64,000 bases of DNA, taken from the NCBI GenBank assembly GCA_951406725.2, contig OX597819.1, positions 13,082,001 through 13,146,000 on the forward strand, read 5' to 3'. Of the stretch, positions 1 to 12,864 are shown in pieces; position 1 is the stretch's first letter, and each line of letters begins with the position of its first letter. The notes under the pieces were generated by a model that ran no database searches, was not told the DNA's origin, and saw nothing but the letters and a program-made list of their open reading frames with translations. The stretch comes from Octopus vulgaris. Its lineage: Eukaryota. Position numbers and translations under genes: made by a program.

Positions 1-172
1 GAGGTAGGAAGTCATTAGTACCAGCTGAGCTTAACCGGTACTAATTTTATTGACCTTGAAAGGCTGAAAGGCAAAGTTGACCTTGGCAGATTTTGAACGC
101 AGAACATAAAGATGGATGAAATACCATTAAGCATTTTGCCTTGTGTGGTAACAATTTTGCTAGCTCGCTACC
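1..172 (-). mobile_element. SINE-B family copy (tRNA-derived SINE, diverged, cut by window edge)
   Basis: Reverse complement matches the family head GGCGAGCTGGCAGAA..GTTCAAAT and the central GCCTTTCA.CCTT..GGTC.ATAAA..AGTACC domain seen in many other copies. Confidence 0.75.
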
Positions 173-202
173 TAATAATGATAATAATAATAATAACAAT
201 TA

Positions 203-422
203 TGGTTTCAAATTTTAGTACAAAGCCAGCAATTTCGAGAGGTGTGGGGCTAAGTCAATTACATTGACCCCAGTGTTCAACTGGTACTTATTTTATCAAA
301 CCTGGAAAGATGAAAGGCAAAGTCGACCTCAGTGGAATTTGAACTCAGGACATAAAGATCCTGAAGAAATGCTGCAAAGCATTTTGTTTGAAGCACTTAT
401 ATTTCTCCCAGCTCACCACCTT
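203..422 (-). mobile_element. SINE-B family copy (B2-type tail)
   Basis: gatgaaaggcaaagtcgacctcagtggaatttgaactcag..cagctcaccacc is the reverse complement of the SINE-B head and core. Confidence 0.75.
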
Positions 423-465
423 ACTAATGCTGCTGCTGCTACTACTAAAAATAATAATAATAATA

Positions 466-935
466 CAGTGGCTCTCATGGCTTCTGATCTTAACTTATTG
501 GAAGTGTTATCATGTACATTGTTTTGTCTTGGTATAAAAGATGGGCTACAGCAAATATTCTGCTCAATACCACAGATTTGCTTGTCAGTTGTTTGACCTT
601 AACCCGTTGAGCATGTCCCTTAGTGGCTGACGATATGTGCATCTTTGATCATGAGCAGAAGTAGTGGAGGAGCATCATAGCCATGTGTTGAGAGGGATTC
701 TTCGAGGTTTGAATAATTCACCTCTGGAAACATGGGTGGTTCTTTCAACATCCTTAAACAACCCTTATTTAGGGACCTTTCGAGTGGGATGGGTTACTCG
801 ACCTGAAGAAAATTCTAACTGGGCCCCACCTGCAAGGTCATGTGCTGTTATCAGACAGGTAGTCATGATGGGTATACTGGGTTTCGTATATTTTACCCCA
901 GTGTCACTTTGATGGCATGCACTGCTCTCTCACTC

Positions 936-971
<36 letters not shown>
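466..971 (+). mobile_element. (AAT)n-tailed non-LTR retroelement 3' fragment (family E, copy 1)
   Basis: About 470 bp closely similar to 61651-62184; ends ctctctcactc+(AAT)n; 5' flank is also (AAT)n. Confidence 0.7.
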
Positions 972-972
<1 letters not shown>

Positions 973-974
973 GT

Positions 975-1218
975 GACAAGAGCACTCAGAGAGCGCAAAT
1001 CTCTGCTAAGGTAACACCAACGTCCTTTCAATGATTAGCTAGAGATGATTTTTAAAATGAGAATATCTGAAATAAATTCAACTGCTCTCATAAACGAGAA
1101 TACTAAAAAGGAACTTGACTGCTCTCAAAATTTAAGTAAAAAAAACAGGAAAAATAATTAAGAATCTTTGTTTGGTACCAGATTGATCTCAAAATCTAAT
1201 CTGTTCATGCCAGTCACC
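975..1218 (+). mobile_element. Possible Helentron/HINE-like non-autonomous element fragment
   Basis: Starts acaagagcactcagagagcgcaaatctctgctaagg and contains caaaatctaatc, resembling (from recall only) termini of HINE-like elements; single copy here. Confidence 0.3.
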
Positions 1219-1690
1219 TTTTCGTCATAGGTCTGACCTGTGCCAAACAACAATCATAGTACTATAGGACATAATCATGGACTATATAGTACGTTTGTTC
1301 TATATGTCTGTGTATATAGTATATCTCTTATATATAGTTTAGATACAAATGCTTTATAAAACACAGTTCTGTGGTTGTTGGTGTTTAGCTCCAGGTCAGC
1401 CTTGACCAAGCAGGCATATGGTCCAGCTATAAGCACTCTTTTATTTTTAATCATAATATATCTAGGACTACTTTATCCAGTCGCTCATTTTATAAATTCA
1501 GTTCAGTATAATTTGAGAGATTTGGTTGCTATTTCTAGTAGGGCAAATCATCATGTAGAACAGCATTTCTCAGCCGGGGTTTCCCAGAACCCTAGGGTTT
1601 TGCAAAAGGTTCCTAGGGGTTCCACGAGAAAGAGTGAGCTAAGCTAACACTAATTTCATGATATATAATTACACATATATATATTATTAT

Positions 1691-1894
1691 TTACTCTTTT
1701 ACTTGTTTCAGTCATTTGACTGTGGCCATGCTGGAGCACCACCTTTAGTCGAGCAAATTGACCCCAGGACTTATTCTTTATAAGCCTAGTACTTATTCTA
1801 TCAAACTGCTAAGTTACAGGGACGTAAACACACCAGCTTTGGTTGTCAAGCAATGTTGGGGAATAAACACAGACACATAAACATATACACACAC

Positions 1895-1969
<75 letters not shown>

Positions 1970-2150
1970 CATATACACACACATATATATGACGGGCTTC
2001 TCTTAGTTTCTGGCAACCAAATCCACTCACAAGGCTTTGGTCCACCCGAGACTATAGTAGAAGACACTTGCCCAAGGTACCACGCAGTGTGACTGAACCT
2101 GGAACCATGTGGTTCATAAGCAAGCTACTTACCACACAGCCACTCCTGCA

Positions 2151-2152
<2 letters not shown>
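1691..2152 (-). mobile_element. SINE-A (tRNA-derived, CORE-like SINE) full length
   Basis: Minus strand: head GG.GCAGGAGTGGCTGTGTGGTAAG (A box), GGTTCAGTC (B box), CCTTGGGCAAGT CORE-like motif, internal (TA/TG)n, tail GAAACAAGTAAAAGAGTAA. Confidence 0.9.
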
Positions 2153-2202
<50 letters not shown>

Positions 2203-3487
2203 CAGGGTGGGGAAGCAAAATTTACAATATTTTGAGGCAGGGATTGAAAGACAGTGTATGACCAATTTGTTTAGTGAAAGTCATGAGAATTCATTTGCCA
2301 CAAGAAAATTTACGTAATAGAAAATATTTTTATTCTGTGTCCTCCTTCTTTCTCAATAACTACCTTCACACACTTCCTGAAACTTGCACAGGCATTCCTC
2401 AAATATTCGGGAGACAACTTCTCCCATTCTTCTTTAATAGTATCTTTAAGAGAGTAGACATTGCTGTGTGATGTTCTATTGGTAACATGTTCTAAAAACG
2501 CCCCAAATAGCATAATCCAGAGTGTTTAGATCTGGGCTAGAAGGCGGCCATAAACATGATTCCAAAAAATTGCTAAAGTTGGATTTGCAGAAATCTTGTA
2601 TTTTTCTAGCTGCGTGGGCTGGAGCACCATCCCGTGTCCATACATAATTACCATCTGGGTAGTTTGCTTTAAGGCATGGCAATACCTGGTATCTCAGAGT
2701 CTTGTAGTAAGTATTAACATTGATCTTTTCATCAGCTTTGTAGAATTTTATAGGCATTTTCTTTCCATCGGAAGCCACAACACCAAAAGCCATAACTTGA
2801 GCAGGATGTTTTGTTTTGAATGTCCCCTTAACCTGAGCTGTTGATTTTGCGATAAATCTGTCATTTCTGCGGTTCAGAACAGCATCGACATTGAAGATCT
2901 TTTCATCTGAAAAGATCATTACAATGGAGGATTTTTTCTTGAACCATGTAATAATTTTCTTGCACCTCTCCAATCTCTTTTCCTTCATAGCTTAACAAGT
3001 GTTTTGGTGTTCTTGTGTAAGATTTTAACCTCAAATCATATTTTACAGCATTTCTAATGGTCTTGTTTTCTACCTCAAGTCCAATTGCCATTTTTCTCAT
3101 GGATTTGGTTGGATCCTTTAGGATTTTGGATTTGAGAGCTTTAATAAAAGCTTTGGTACGTTTTTTGTTGATTCCTTCAACTTCCAGACTTCCTCGTAAT
3201 AGTTTTGCTCATAGTCATTCTATTCTTTACATTATAAATAGTCTTTATGGACACTCCAACTATTCTTGAAATCTCCTTTGGTGTGATAAGTGCATTCAGA
3301 AAATCACACACTCTTTGACTTGTGCTTTCCTGATTACTCACATGGTCAAAAGTTTCTGAAAAGGTGAGGATAATAGTGTTAGGTATGAGTGTGACATCAA
3401 TATATGCTAGGTTTCAAAACAATTGACTTAGTGCTTCCTGAGAAAAAACAACTTAACGTTCATTGTAAATTTTGCTTCCCCACCCTG
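2203..3487 (-). mobile_element. Tc1/mariner superfamily transposon, DD37D (maT) family, full length 1285 bp
   Basis: Perfect 26-bp TIRs CAGGGTGGGGAAGCAAAATTTACAAT (2203-2228) / ATTGTAAATTTTGCTTCCCCACCCTG (3462-3487); TA on both sides; transposase remnant inside. Confidence 0.95.
2310..3343 (-). pseudogene. DD37D transposase pseudogene (several frameshifts)
   Basis: Fragments in different frames: N-terminal HTH (PKEISRIVGVSIKTIYNVK; SMRKMAIGLEVENKTIRNAVK), FSDEKIF, DGAPAH, SPDLNTLDY with 37 residues between the 2nd and 3rd Asp, C-terminus IKEEWEKLS..VIEKEGGH. Confidence 0.92.
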
Positions 3488-4473
3488 TATATATAGGCTT
3501 TATGGTAAGTTATGATAAAAAAAGATATGAGAAAGATATATGGTATGTAATTTTTTTTGTGCAGGGGTTCCTTGAAATATGTAATTTATTTTAAGGCTTA
3601 CGCAAGGGTAAAAAGGATGAGAGACACGGGTGCAGAGGCTCTCTTAGTGTGGGTGTGTATGGGAGTGTTGTTTAATCCCAGCTCAATCTGATTCGAGCAC
3701 ACCTATCATCAGACATTCCAGTTGCGACCACCTTGTCTGTTCTCTGTGCATGGAATCCAAGACTGTATTAAAGGGCACATCCAATGTATCCTTTTACGAA
3801 AACCAACTGGGTGTGAATTAAGGGAGATTTGGCTGCTATTTCCAGCACTGACCCCTGCACCCATCCTTGCCCTAATCGGCTCCCTGTTGGTGGTGTTGTG
3901 TGGAATATGTGAAGCATTAAATATGAGATTTTATGAAATAAAAAGAAATATGAAAATAGGAACTACTTGACCTAAAAACGTCAAAAATGAAATAAAAAAT
4001 GGAGGAGAAAGAGGAGGAGGAGGAGGGAAGACCTAAATAAATTTGGGAATAATGAGGACGAGAATGAGTGAATGAATGAGAAGGGAATGACTATGGTGTA
4101 GAAGAAGATAAAGGAAGAAAAGAGATGAAAGAAAAAGTAAAACAAAGAATACAAAGAGAATGAAGAAACTGCCATAACCCAACCCCCACCTCGCATACAC
4201 ACATACATGCATGCATACACATGCACAGACACACACACACTTGCAGACATAGACACACACCTGTACACACACATACACACACCTATACATACACACATGC
4301 ACACACTCTTTCTCTCTCCCTCATTCTTTCTCTTTCTCCTCCTCCTCTCTATCTTTCTCACAAAGGGGTTTGTATGTTGTTACTCAACCTGCTAAAAACA
4401 GCAGGCAAATTTCCTGCAATTCGCACTTCATTTTAAAAATAGGAAGGATACATTGGACAATGAATGCATTTGT

Positions 4474-4522
<49 letters not shown>

Positions 4523-4724
4523 GGTGTGGTGGTCACAGCTAGAATGTCTTTGATCATAAGTCTGCTTGATTAGGGCTGACCTGATCCTAATGAGCTACAA
4601 TGCTTACAGTCACAGATTGTTGATACATATATGCATATATACAGAGAGAAAGATAGAAAGAGCAGGTTAACGAACTGGTTAATTAGTAAATCACCATTAT
4701 TGTTTTAATATCCACTTTTCTCTA

Positions 4725-4935
4725 AGGTGGCGAGCTGGCAGAAACGTTAGCACACTGGGCAAAATGCTTAGCAGTATTTCATCTGTCTTTATGTTCTAGG
4801 TTCAAATTCCACCAAGGTTGACTTTGCCTTTCGCCCTTTCGGGGTCAATAAATTAAGTACCAGTTGCGTACTGAGGTTGATTTAATTGACTGCCCCACTT
4901 TCCAAAAATTTCGGGCCTTGTGCCTAGAGTAGAAA
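4725..4935 (+). mobile_element. SINE-B (B2 tail)
   Basis: aaggtggcgagctggcagaaacgttagc..gttcaaattcc..gcctttcgccctttcggggtcaataaattaagtacc..cgggccttgtgcctagagtagaaa. Confidence 0.85.
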
Positions 4936-5607
4936 ATAATATCCACATTTCTCTACTGGCATGAATGGATAGTTTACTGAAGCAGATTTTCTACAGTTGG
5001 ATGCTCTTCCTGTTGCCAACCCTTACCTGTTTCCAAATAATGCAATATTTCTCCATAGCCAGACATTTTCACAGAATATTAGAAATGAATGACACTGCTT
5101 GTATGACAGTGAGACTCATTTACAACAATATTGTGATATCAAGACAAGGAGACACAATCATATCCAAACTCCCACACACACATATGTTAACATGGGAAAA
5201 CGGATGTTGAATGATGATGATGTAAACGATGGTTTCTTTCTGTTTCCTTCTACCAAATTCACTCTCAAGTGTTTGGTTGCCCCAAGGGCTATAGTAGAAG
5301 GTGCTATGCAGTGGGACTGAACCTGAGACTCTGTGATTGGGAAGCATAATTCTTATGAATGAATGACTGCAGTGGATTATTTCAACTCAAGACTTATTAA
5401 TCTGATAATCCAATGCCATGTCTGCAGAACCAATTTACTTTTACGTGACATCCCACAGGAATAGGGCAGATGATTGGTTTCTGAACATAACAAAATTCTT
5501 GATTTTGTTGTATCTCAGGAGGGTCATTAAGCCAGTAACAAACACATGCACACACACACTGGTTCTATTTCACTTCCTTGTCAATTGATTAACTATTTAA
5601 CTAATTG

Positions 5608-6209
5608 ACCAAACCAAATGAGACCATAACCTCGTGGCCTATGCCAGGGATGTAATCAGCTCACTTATGTGTACCTTTCCTTCATTGGACACTAAACTCT
5701 GCTTGCGAAGACCTATTGAGGCAAGTTAGAATCAAATTTGATGACTGGCATCCGTACTAGTGGAGCGCTAAGAACACCATACAAGTGTGATAGTTGCCAG
5801 AGCGGCTAACTGGCTTCCATGCTGGTGGCACATAAAAAGCACCATTCGAGCGTGATCGTTACCAGCGTCACCTTATTGGCATTTGTGCCGGGGGCATGTG
5901 AAAAAACATTCGAGCGAGGTCATTGCCAGTGCCGCTGGACAGGCTCCTGTGCAGGTGGCACATAAAAAACACTATTTGAGCATGGTCGTTGCTAGTACTG
6001 CCTGACTGGCCCTCGTGCCAGTGGAACATAAAAGCACCCGCTACACTCTTGAAGTGGTGGGTTTTAGGAAGGACATCCAGCTGTAGAAACTCTGCCAGAT
6101 CAGATTGGAGCCTGGCGCAGCCTCCCGGCTTGCCAGTCCTCAGTCAAATCGTCCAACCCATGCTAGCATGGAAAGTGGACATTAAATGATGATGATCATG
6201 ATGATGATG
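5608..6209 (+). mobile_element. RTE-associated element (family C 3' region) with (GAT)n tail and a distinct 5' part
   Basis: Ends ccaacccatgctagcatggaaagtggacattaaatgatgatg like the RTE copy at 11.2 kb; internal tandem ggtggcacataaaaagcacc modules; 5' part recurs at 26049-26190. Confidence 0.75.
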
Positions 6210-6400
6210 ATTGTTTGATTAATTGTTCAGTCAATTAATCCATCAATTAGGTTTGTTGGAAGTCCTTTCCTCATCATTCACCACCTCATGAATGACATGC
6301 TTTCTCTCTCTCTCTCTTTCTCCCTCCCTCAAGATCTACTGCAGTCTCCTCTATTTAATACTTCACTCACATTCATCTTATATTATAATCTTCCACATAT

Positions 6401-6612
6401 AAGGCAGCAAGTTGGCAGAAACGTTAGCACGCCTGGTGAAATGCTTAGCCGTATTTCATCTACTGTTACGTTCTGAGTTCAAATTCCACCAAGGTCGACT
6501 TTGCCTTTCATCCTTTCAGCTCTGATAAATTAAGTACCAGTTGCATACTGGGGTTGATCTAATTGACTTAATCCTCTCCAAAAAATTTCGGGCCTTGTGC
6601 CTAGAGTAGAAA
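6401..6612 (+). mobile_element. SINE-B (B2 tail)
   Basis: Family head, core and ggccttgtgcctagagtagaaa end. Confidence 0.85.
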
Positions 6613-6929
6613 CGATTATAATCTTACACGTTTCACACCTTAGCTCTGTATTCACTGAATTACAATGAAATGGTTTTAGCAATGATAAATGCAAAAGGTT
6701 GAAGAAACAGCGACAATTATCCAATTATGAAAACAGGTTTCGAAAAATAAACTCCTGTTGCTACTTTTTTTACACTGAGGAATTCTAAACAAGAAAGTTG
6801 AGAAATATTTTTGAGTGTCTTTTATCAAAACTGAATAATTCGTTTTTATTGAGAATTAATTCTTTATTGTTCTTATCATCATCCCTGTCATCACTGGCAT
6901 GGTCATCATCATCATCAGCATCATCATCA

Positions 6930-7033
6930 TTAATTTTCTTCTAATTGTTCAAGAAGTGAATCATGTCTTGTTGATAGATTTCTGATAAAACCCTGTCTAA
7001 GTTTCCTTCCTGTTCCACAAGCTTCGTTTTTCT
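6930..7033 (-). CDS. Candidate exon of the minus-strand transcript (phase-1 reading EKNEACGTGRKLRQGFIRNLSTRHDSLLEQLEEN*); could be UTR
   Basis: Acceptor tagtttgtttttggtttatag|ag at 7034/7033; non-repetitive sequence; possible donors downstream at 6639 (AAG|GTGTGA) or 6628 (CGT|GTAAGA); no homology recognised. Confidence 0.25.
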
Positions 7034-8074
7034 CTATAAACCAAAAACAAACTATGCTCTCATTTCTTAAAAATACCCTCTAATATTTCCAGACACAGTT
7101 CTAAACAACAGTGGGTGGAGCATTTTATGATTTTTTACTTCAAAATAGCAAGGATTTCTGGGATTGTTTTGTTCGGATCCAATGTCAGGTTTTCTTCAGT
7201 CAAATACTTCCCGTTTCGCCAAAAGCTATCTCTCTCTTAATCAGACTCAAATATTTTCAATTAGGTAAACAAACCACAAATATTTTCTCACAATTCTTTC
7301 TTTATCAGACGTTAAGTAATAAAGAGTTCAGTCTATCAACTTATTTCCAATCATAAATTACCATACACAGCTATAATTAGTCTTGATAGCGCTGATAAAA
7401 ATTCAATCTGTCTATTTTAAGACTGTTGCTGATAGACGAGGGCTGGGACCTTACCCTGCTTTATTTGTTTGTTTTGAAACAACTCATGTAGCAACACAGT
7501 TGGAGCATTGAAGAGAATTCTATTTTGGTAAATAAACAGGTTATGTATTCAACTTTTGTGGACTTACAGAATTTTAACCATCTTTATATAATATACTACC
7601 TGACTCATCTATCTTTATAATCAAATGAGGAATATTCGTAGAATTGGTTTTTTGTTATTTGCTTGCTTTCATTTCCTGTGAGTAGATTTTCTGTACAAGA
7701 AATTTATTATACTAAAACTGTAATTTCTAAAATGTATTTTGCAAAAATAGGTTTTAATTCAACATGAAAAGCCAATGAAATGAGATCTCTATATTGTTAT
7801 TCAACCTGCTACAAACAACACCCGAATCACTCAGAAATCACAACCATTCTTCTTCTTCTTAAAAAAAAAAAGGGTAGACAATTATATAATATCATCATCA
7901 TCATTGTCCAATGTTGAATGTCCACTTTTTCAAACTGGTACAAGTTAGATGGTGTTTTTGTGAGGCAGTATTTTCACAGCCAAATGCCCTTTGTGTTGCT
8001 ACCCAATTTTGCTGCCTCTTACACCATGCAACGACACAGTGCCCCCATTCTAAAACCCATTAAATACATGTTGG

Positions 8075-8228
8075 ATTGGATAGCCAATGTTCAGTTCACT
8101 GCTGGATGAAGGCCTCAGCATCCTCCCTCCACCAAACATGGTCTGATGTGAAGGCCATAAATTTGAGCCTGAGATCAGACTGGTTTGATGACCCTATTCT
8201 ATCATACTGGCTTGAGATGGCCTGGTGA
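8075..8228 (-). mobile_element. Degraded RTE-type LINE ORF C-terminal fragment
   Basis: Minus strand reads WREDAEAFIQQ*TE, similar to the EAFxQQW ending of some RTE ORFs. Confidence 0.35.
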
Positions 8229-9215
8229 GATTCTTGTTCTTACCCAGGAGTAGTTGATTACATCGACCCCAAAAGGTTGAAAAGCAAAGTTGACCTCAGC
8301 AGAATTTGAACTTAGAACATAAAGACAGATGAAATACTGCTTAGCATATTTGCCCAGCATGCTAACAGTTCTGCCAGCTCGATGCCTACATACATGGTAA
8401 CAACATATAATGTAAACATAGCCTGAGATAAACTGGATGAATAAACAAGTTGGGTATGGTTGGAATGCCTTTGGTTATTTGTCATGGCTGGCCGAAAACA
8501 ACAACAGCAAAAATAAACAATAACTGTTGACCCACATTCCAAAAAGTCCAAAATATATTTTTATCGACCCTGGACGGGTAAATTATTGACCAACATTATA
8601 TCGAGCATATTGGTGTGAGATGTCTATTGTTCTTTGTTTATTTTTCTGTAGGAACCAAATACTGTTTTTGTTGTTATTTGAAACAGCAGAATTATTAGAC
8701 TTCCTTTTTTTTTTTAACTGTTTCTCTGCAAAAATTTGTGGTGGGAGCAGTCATTGTTACAAAGAATTGTGCTTAGTACTTTCCTCCTCTACAACAGAGG
8801 TAGCTATAATTGAACTCCTAATAATAAACAGGGAAGTGAATGTTTGCAATAATATCTGTTCACAATAAAATGTCTAAAGACAAACCTTGTTTTACACCCT
8901 GGGAATTAGGGAGGCTGTTTATTTGAAAACCTTTAGTTAATGGGGGGAAAAAAAAAACAAAAAAAGAAACAAGTAAAATTCTTTTTATTCAATAATCCTG
9001 TTGAAAATTCCTTTTTAAATAGGAGCTTAGTTACATCGTTCTCTTGGTTTCAACATCTAATGATAATAATAATAATAATGGTTTCAAAATTTTGCCACAA
9101 GGGCAGCCATTTTGGGGGAGGGGATGAATCGATTACATCGACCCCAGTATTTAACTGGTACTTAATTTATTAATCCTGAAAGGATGAAAAGCAAAGCTGA
9201 CCTTGGCAAATAATA

Positions 9216-9253
<38 letters not shown>

Positions 9254-9254
<1 letters not shown>

Positions 9255-9593
9255 GGGGTGTTACCTTAGTTCACTGGTAGTGAACAGCTAACCCTGTAGT
9301 ACATCTCCAGTGTTAGAAGCTGTGCAAAGACAATAAAATAATAATAATAATAATCTTTCTTTACTAACCACAAGGGGCTAAACATAGAGAGGACTAACAA
9401 GGACAGACAAATGGATTAAGTTGATTATATCGACCCCAGTGCGTAACTGGTACTTAATTTATCGACCCCATAAGGATGAAAGGCAAAGTAATAATAATAA
9501 TAATAATAATAGGGGTGTTACCTTAGTTCACTGGTAGTGAACAGCTAACCCTGTAGTACATCTCCAGTGTTAGAAGCTGTGCAAAGACAATAA

Positions 9594-9629
<36 letters not shown>

Positions 9630-9763
9630 CTTTCTTTACTAACCACAAGGGGCTAAACATAGAGGGGACTAACAAGGACAGACAAACGGATTAAGTCGAT
9701 TATATCGACCCCAGTGCGTAACTGGTACTTAATTTATCAACCCCGAAAGGATGAAAGGCAAAG
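9254..9763. repeat. Tandem duplication (about 257 bp x2) of unique sequence + truncated SINE-B1, bounded by (AAT)n
   Basis: aggggtgttaccttagttcactggtagtgaac.. begins at both 9254 and 9511; both units end gatgaaaggcaaag+(TAA)n. Confidence 0.9.
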
Positions 9764-10687
9764 TAATAATAATAATCCTGAGGGAGTGGGTGAGTCAATT
9801 ACATTGACTCCAGTGCCCAACTACTACCTATTTTATTGACCCTGGAAAGATGAAAGGCATAATTGACCGTTGTGGAATTTGAACTCGGAATGTAAAGACA
9901 AACGAAATGCTGCTAAGCATTTTGTCTGACATGCTAATGATTCTGCCAGCCTGCTACCATGATAATACTAATAATAGATCAGTGTAAAAGTTCAGAAAGA
10001 ACCCTGAAGGGGTGAAGAAACTACTTTTGATAACCTTATTCTATGAAACTCAGTTATGACTTAATGCTACCCTGCCACCCTGCTACCCAACATATGTTGT
10101 TATAAATATAAACACATTCTTTTTTTTTCTTCTATTTGTTTGTTGTTTTACATCTGAGTTAATTCACAACTTTTCACAAACAACAAAAGCAGCGGAATCA
10201 CGTTCCACCCCTTCATTACAGCAGAGATGCTATTATTTATCTATTTCTACTGAATGACAGACAACTTGAAAAAAGGTGCCAATGTTACGCACAGATGTAG
10301 TAGTATCTTTGTGTGTACATATGTATGTTTGTATGTATGTATGTATGCATGTCTGTGTGTAAATATACACATACATATAGACCCCACTCACACAAACATG
10401 TGACAAAACCTCAGTCGCTGTAACATCTCTACTTGCAAAAATAACATATATTCTACTTAAATGTATTCAGTAATGGATCAGTTTAATGTTAAATTATTTA
10501 TTTATTATAACTTGACATAGAAACAAATATGTTTATTTTCTCTTATTCCTTTCTGCTGAAGAGCATACACTAGAAATGTAAAAAACTTTTTCATTTCCCT
10601 GAGCATCAAACTAATACACCTGCTTGTTGTTCATACACCTGTCTTTGTCTTTTGTTTTACTATAAATTTTAACTATGTATACATATA

Positions 10688-11076
10688 GGCGCAGGAGTGG
10701 CTGTGTGGTAAGTAGCTTGTTTACCAACCACATGGTTCCGGGTTCAGTCCCACTGTGTGGCACCTTAGGCAAGTGTCTTCTACTATAGCCTCGGGCCGAC
10801 CAAAGCCTTGTGAGTGGAAACTGAAAGAAGCCCGTCGTATATATGTATATATATGTATGTTTGTGTGTGTGTGTGTGTGTTTGTCCCCCTAGCATTGCTT
10901 GACAACCGGTGCTGGTGTGTTTACGTCCCCGTAACTTAGCGGTTCGGCAAAAGAAACCGATAGAATAAGTACTGGGCTTACAAAGAGTAAGTCCCGGGGT
11001 TGAGTTGCTCGATTAAAGGTGGTGCTCCAGCATGGCCACAGTCAAATGACTGAAACAAGTAAAAAAGTAAAAGAGT
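10688..11076 (+). mobile_element. SINE-A full length
   Basis: ggcgcaggagtggctgtgtggtaag..gactgaaacaagtaaaaaagtaaaagag. Confidence 0.92.
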
Positions 11077-11186
11077 ATATGTATATAACCTGCTATATCA
11101 GTAGCATGATGCCAAGAAAAAAATATATTCATACATACGCACACATATATATATATACACATACACAGATATGTGTGTATATATAT

Positions 11187-12172
11187 ATCATCATCATTGT
11201 TTAACGTCCATTTTCCATGCTGGCATGAGTTGGACGGTTTGACTGGGCTCTGGGAAGCCAGGAGGCTGCACCAGGCCCCAATCTGATCTGGCAGTGTTTC
11301 TACAGCTGGATGCCCTTCCTAACGCCAACCACTCTTAGAGTGTAGTGGGTGCTTTTTACGTGCCACTGGCACAAGGGGCCAGGGCAGCTGGCATCAACCA
11401 TGATCGGATGGTGCTTTTTATGTGCCACCGGCATGGAAACCAGTCAAGGTGATACTAGCATCCGCCATGTTCGGATGGTACTTTTTACGTGCTACTGGCA
11501 CGGGGGTCACAACTACAATTTCCATTTGATTTGATTTTGATATTGCTGATGTTGATGTACTTGACTCAATAGGTCTCCTCAAGCACAGCATGTCGCCCCA
11601 TGATCCAAGGTACTTTTTGAGATGGCTGGTTATGCAACACTGGTGTAGGTTACAGCTGTGAACTCACTTTATTTGCCGGGTCTTCTCAGTCACAGCATGC
11701 GTCCAGAGGTCTCGGTCTTTTGTCATTACCTCTGTGAGGCCCAACATTTGAAGGTCATGCTTCACCACCTCATCCCATGTCTTCCTGGGGATCCCTCTAC
11801 GCCGGATTCCTTCCACTGTTTGGGAGTGGCACCTCTTTACCCAGCTCTCCTCGTCCATCCATAGTACATGACCATACCAATGCAAATGTCTCTCTTGCAC
11901 ACCATATCCAATGCTTTTTATCTCTAACATTTCTCTCGGGGCGCTTACACTCTGTCGTGTATGCACACTGACATTATACATCGAGCGGATCATGCTAGCT
12001 TCATTTCTTCCAAGCCTACGCATGTCTTCAGCAGTCACGGCCCATGGTTCACTGCTGTGTAGCATGGCAGTTTGCACACATGCATCATACAATCTACATT
12101 TCACTCTGAGCGAGAGGCCCTTTGTCACCAGTAGGGGTAGAAGCTTCCTGAACTTTGCCCAGGTTATTCTTA
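11187..12172 (-). mobile_element. 5'-truncated RTE-clade LINE (ORF C-terminus + long 3' UTR + (GAT)n tail)
   Basis: ORF 11664-12128(-) has RTE hallmarks (RLYDACVQTAMLHSSEPW, LHWYGHVLWM, EGIRRRGIPRKTWDEVVKHDL, DRDLW), extendable upstream as IRITWAKFRKLLPLL; tail gacgttaaacaatgatgatgat. Confidence 0.9.
11664..12128 (-). pseudogene. RTE reverse transcriptase ORF C-terminal remnant
   Basis: Post-RT RTE motifs LxWYGHVxxM and RGxPRKTW; no RT core present. Confidence 0.85.
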
Positions 12173-12502
12173 TATATGCATGTTTGTATTTTTTTATGAC
12201 TAATTAAATTTAAGAACAGATGGTAATTGAAGGATGAAGCCATTTATGTCCTTTATTTTTTCCAAGAAAGAAGTTGGCAGTGACTTCGAAGGTTTGGCTC
12301 AGTTTCTTTCATTGCTCATTCTATAATCTATCCCTGTGTGTGTATGTCTTCTTCTTCTTCAACACACTGGAACCATAACTGTATTGTGACAGCTGTAAAC
12401 AAATGTCTTTCTCCTTCCCATAGACGGAAAACAAAAGGTTTATCTGGTTGACTTCAGTTCTTTTTGGATTTACATCAGAAATAAAATTACTTTTTGATCT
12501 GA

Positions 12503-12537
<35 letters not shown>

Positions 12538-12864
12538 TGTAGTTAACAGCTATATATAGTCACTAAATGTTGTGAGTTTGCTCAACCGATTAGTTTTATT
12601 TGCATTCATGGTGTTATGTTGACAATTTGTTCAAATTAATTATACAACAGACTGCATTTATTGTCTGCTATATCTGGAGTGTGGTTCATGGTTAAACTTT
12701 TATTTTCAGCCCACAACATCCATTGGTGTATTGTGCCAATTGTAAACAAATGCCGTTTTTTTTCTTTTTGCTTCCATGGACTGAAAAATATAGATCTATC
12801 TATGGTGTGAAGAACAATTTACCTAACCCCACAGATACAGCATATATATATATGTGTGTATATA

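Larger units (their letters stand above)
1561..3629. mobile_element. Old hAT-like MITE split by nested SINE-A and maT insertions
   Basis: Degenerate TIRs cagcatttctcagcc (1561) / ggatgagagacacgg (3629); degenerate 8-bp TSD atgtagaa / gtgcagag; own sequence only about 1561-1660 and 3495-3629. Confidence 0.5.

Noticed and set aside
264-912. ORFs 264-596 and 664-912
   Set aside because: Run across SINE-B, microsatellite and family E sequence; the 664-912 frame is not preserved in the second family E copy
10688-10760. tRNA genes suggested by A/B boxes in SINE-A, SINE-B and at 22303-22370
   Set aside because: No proper acceptor stem/cloverleaf; each continues into a SINE body, so they are SINE heads
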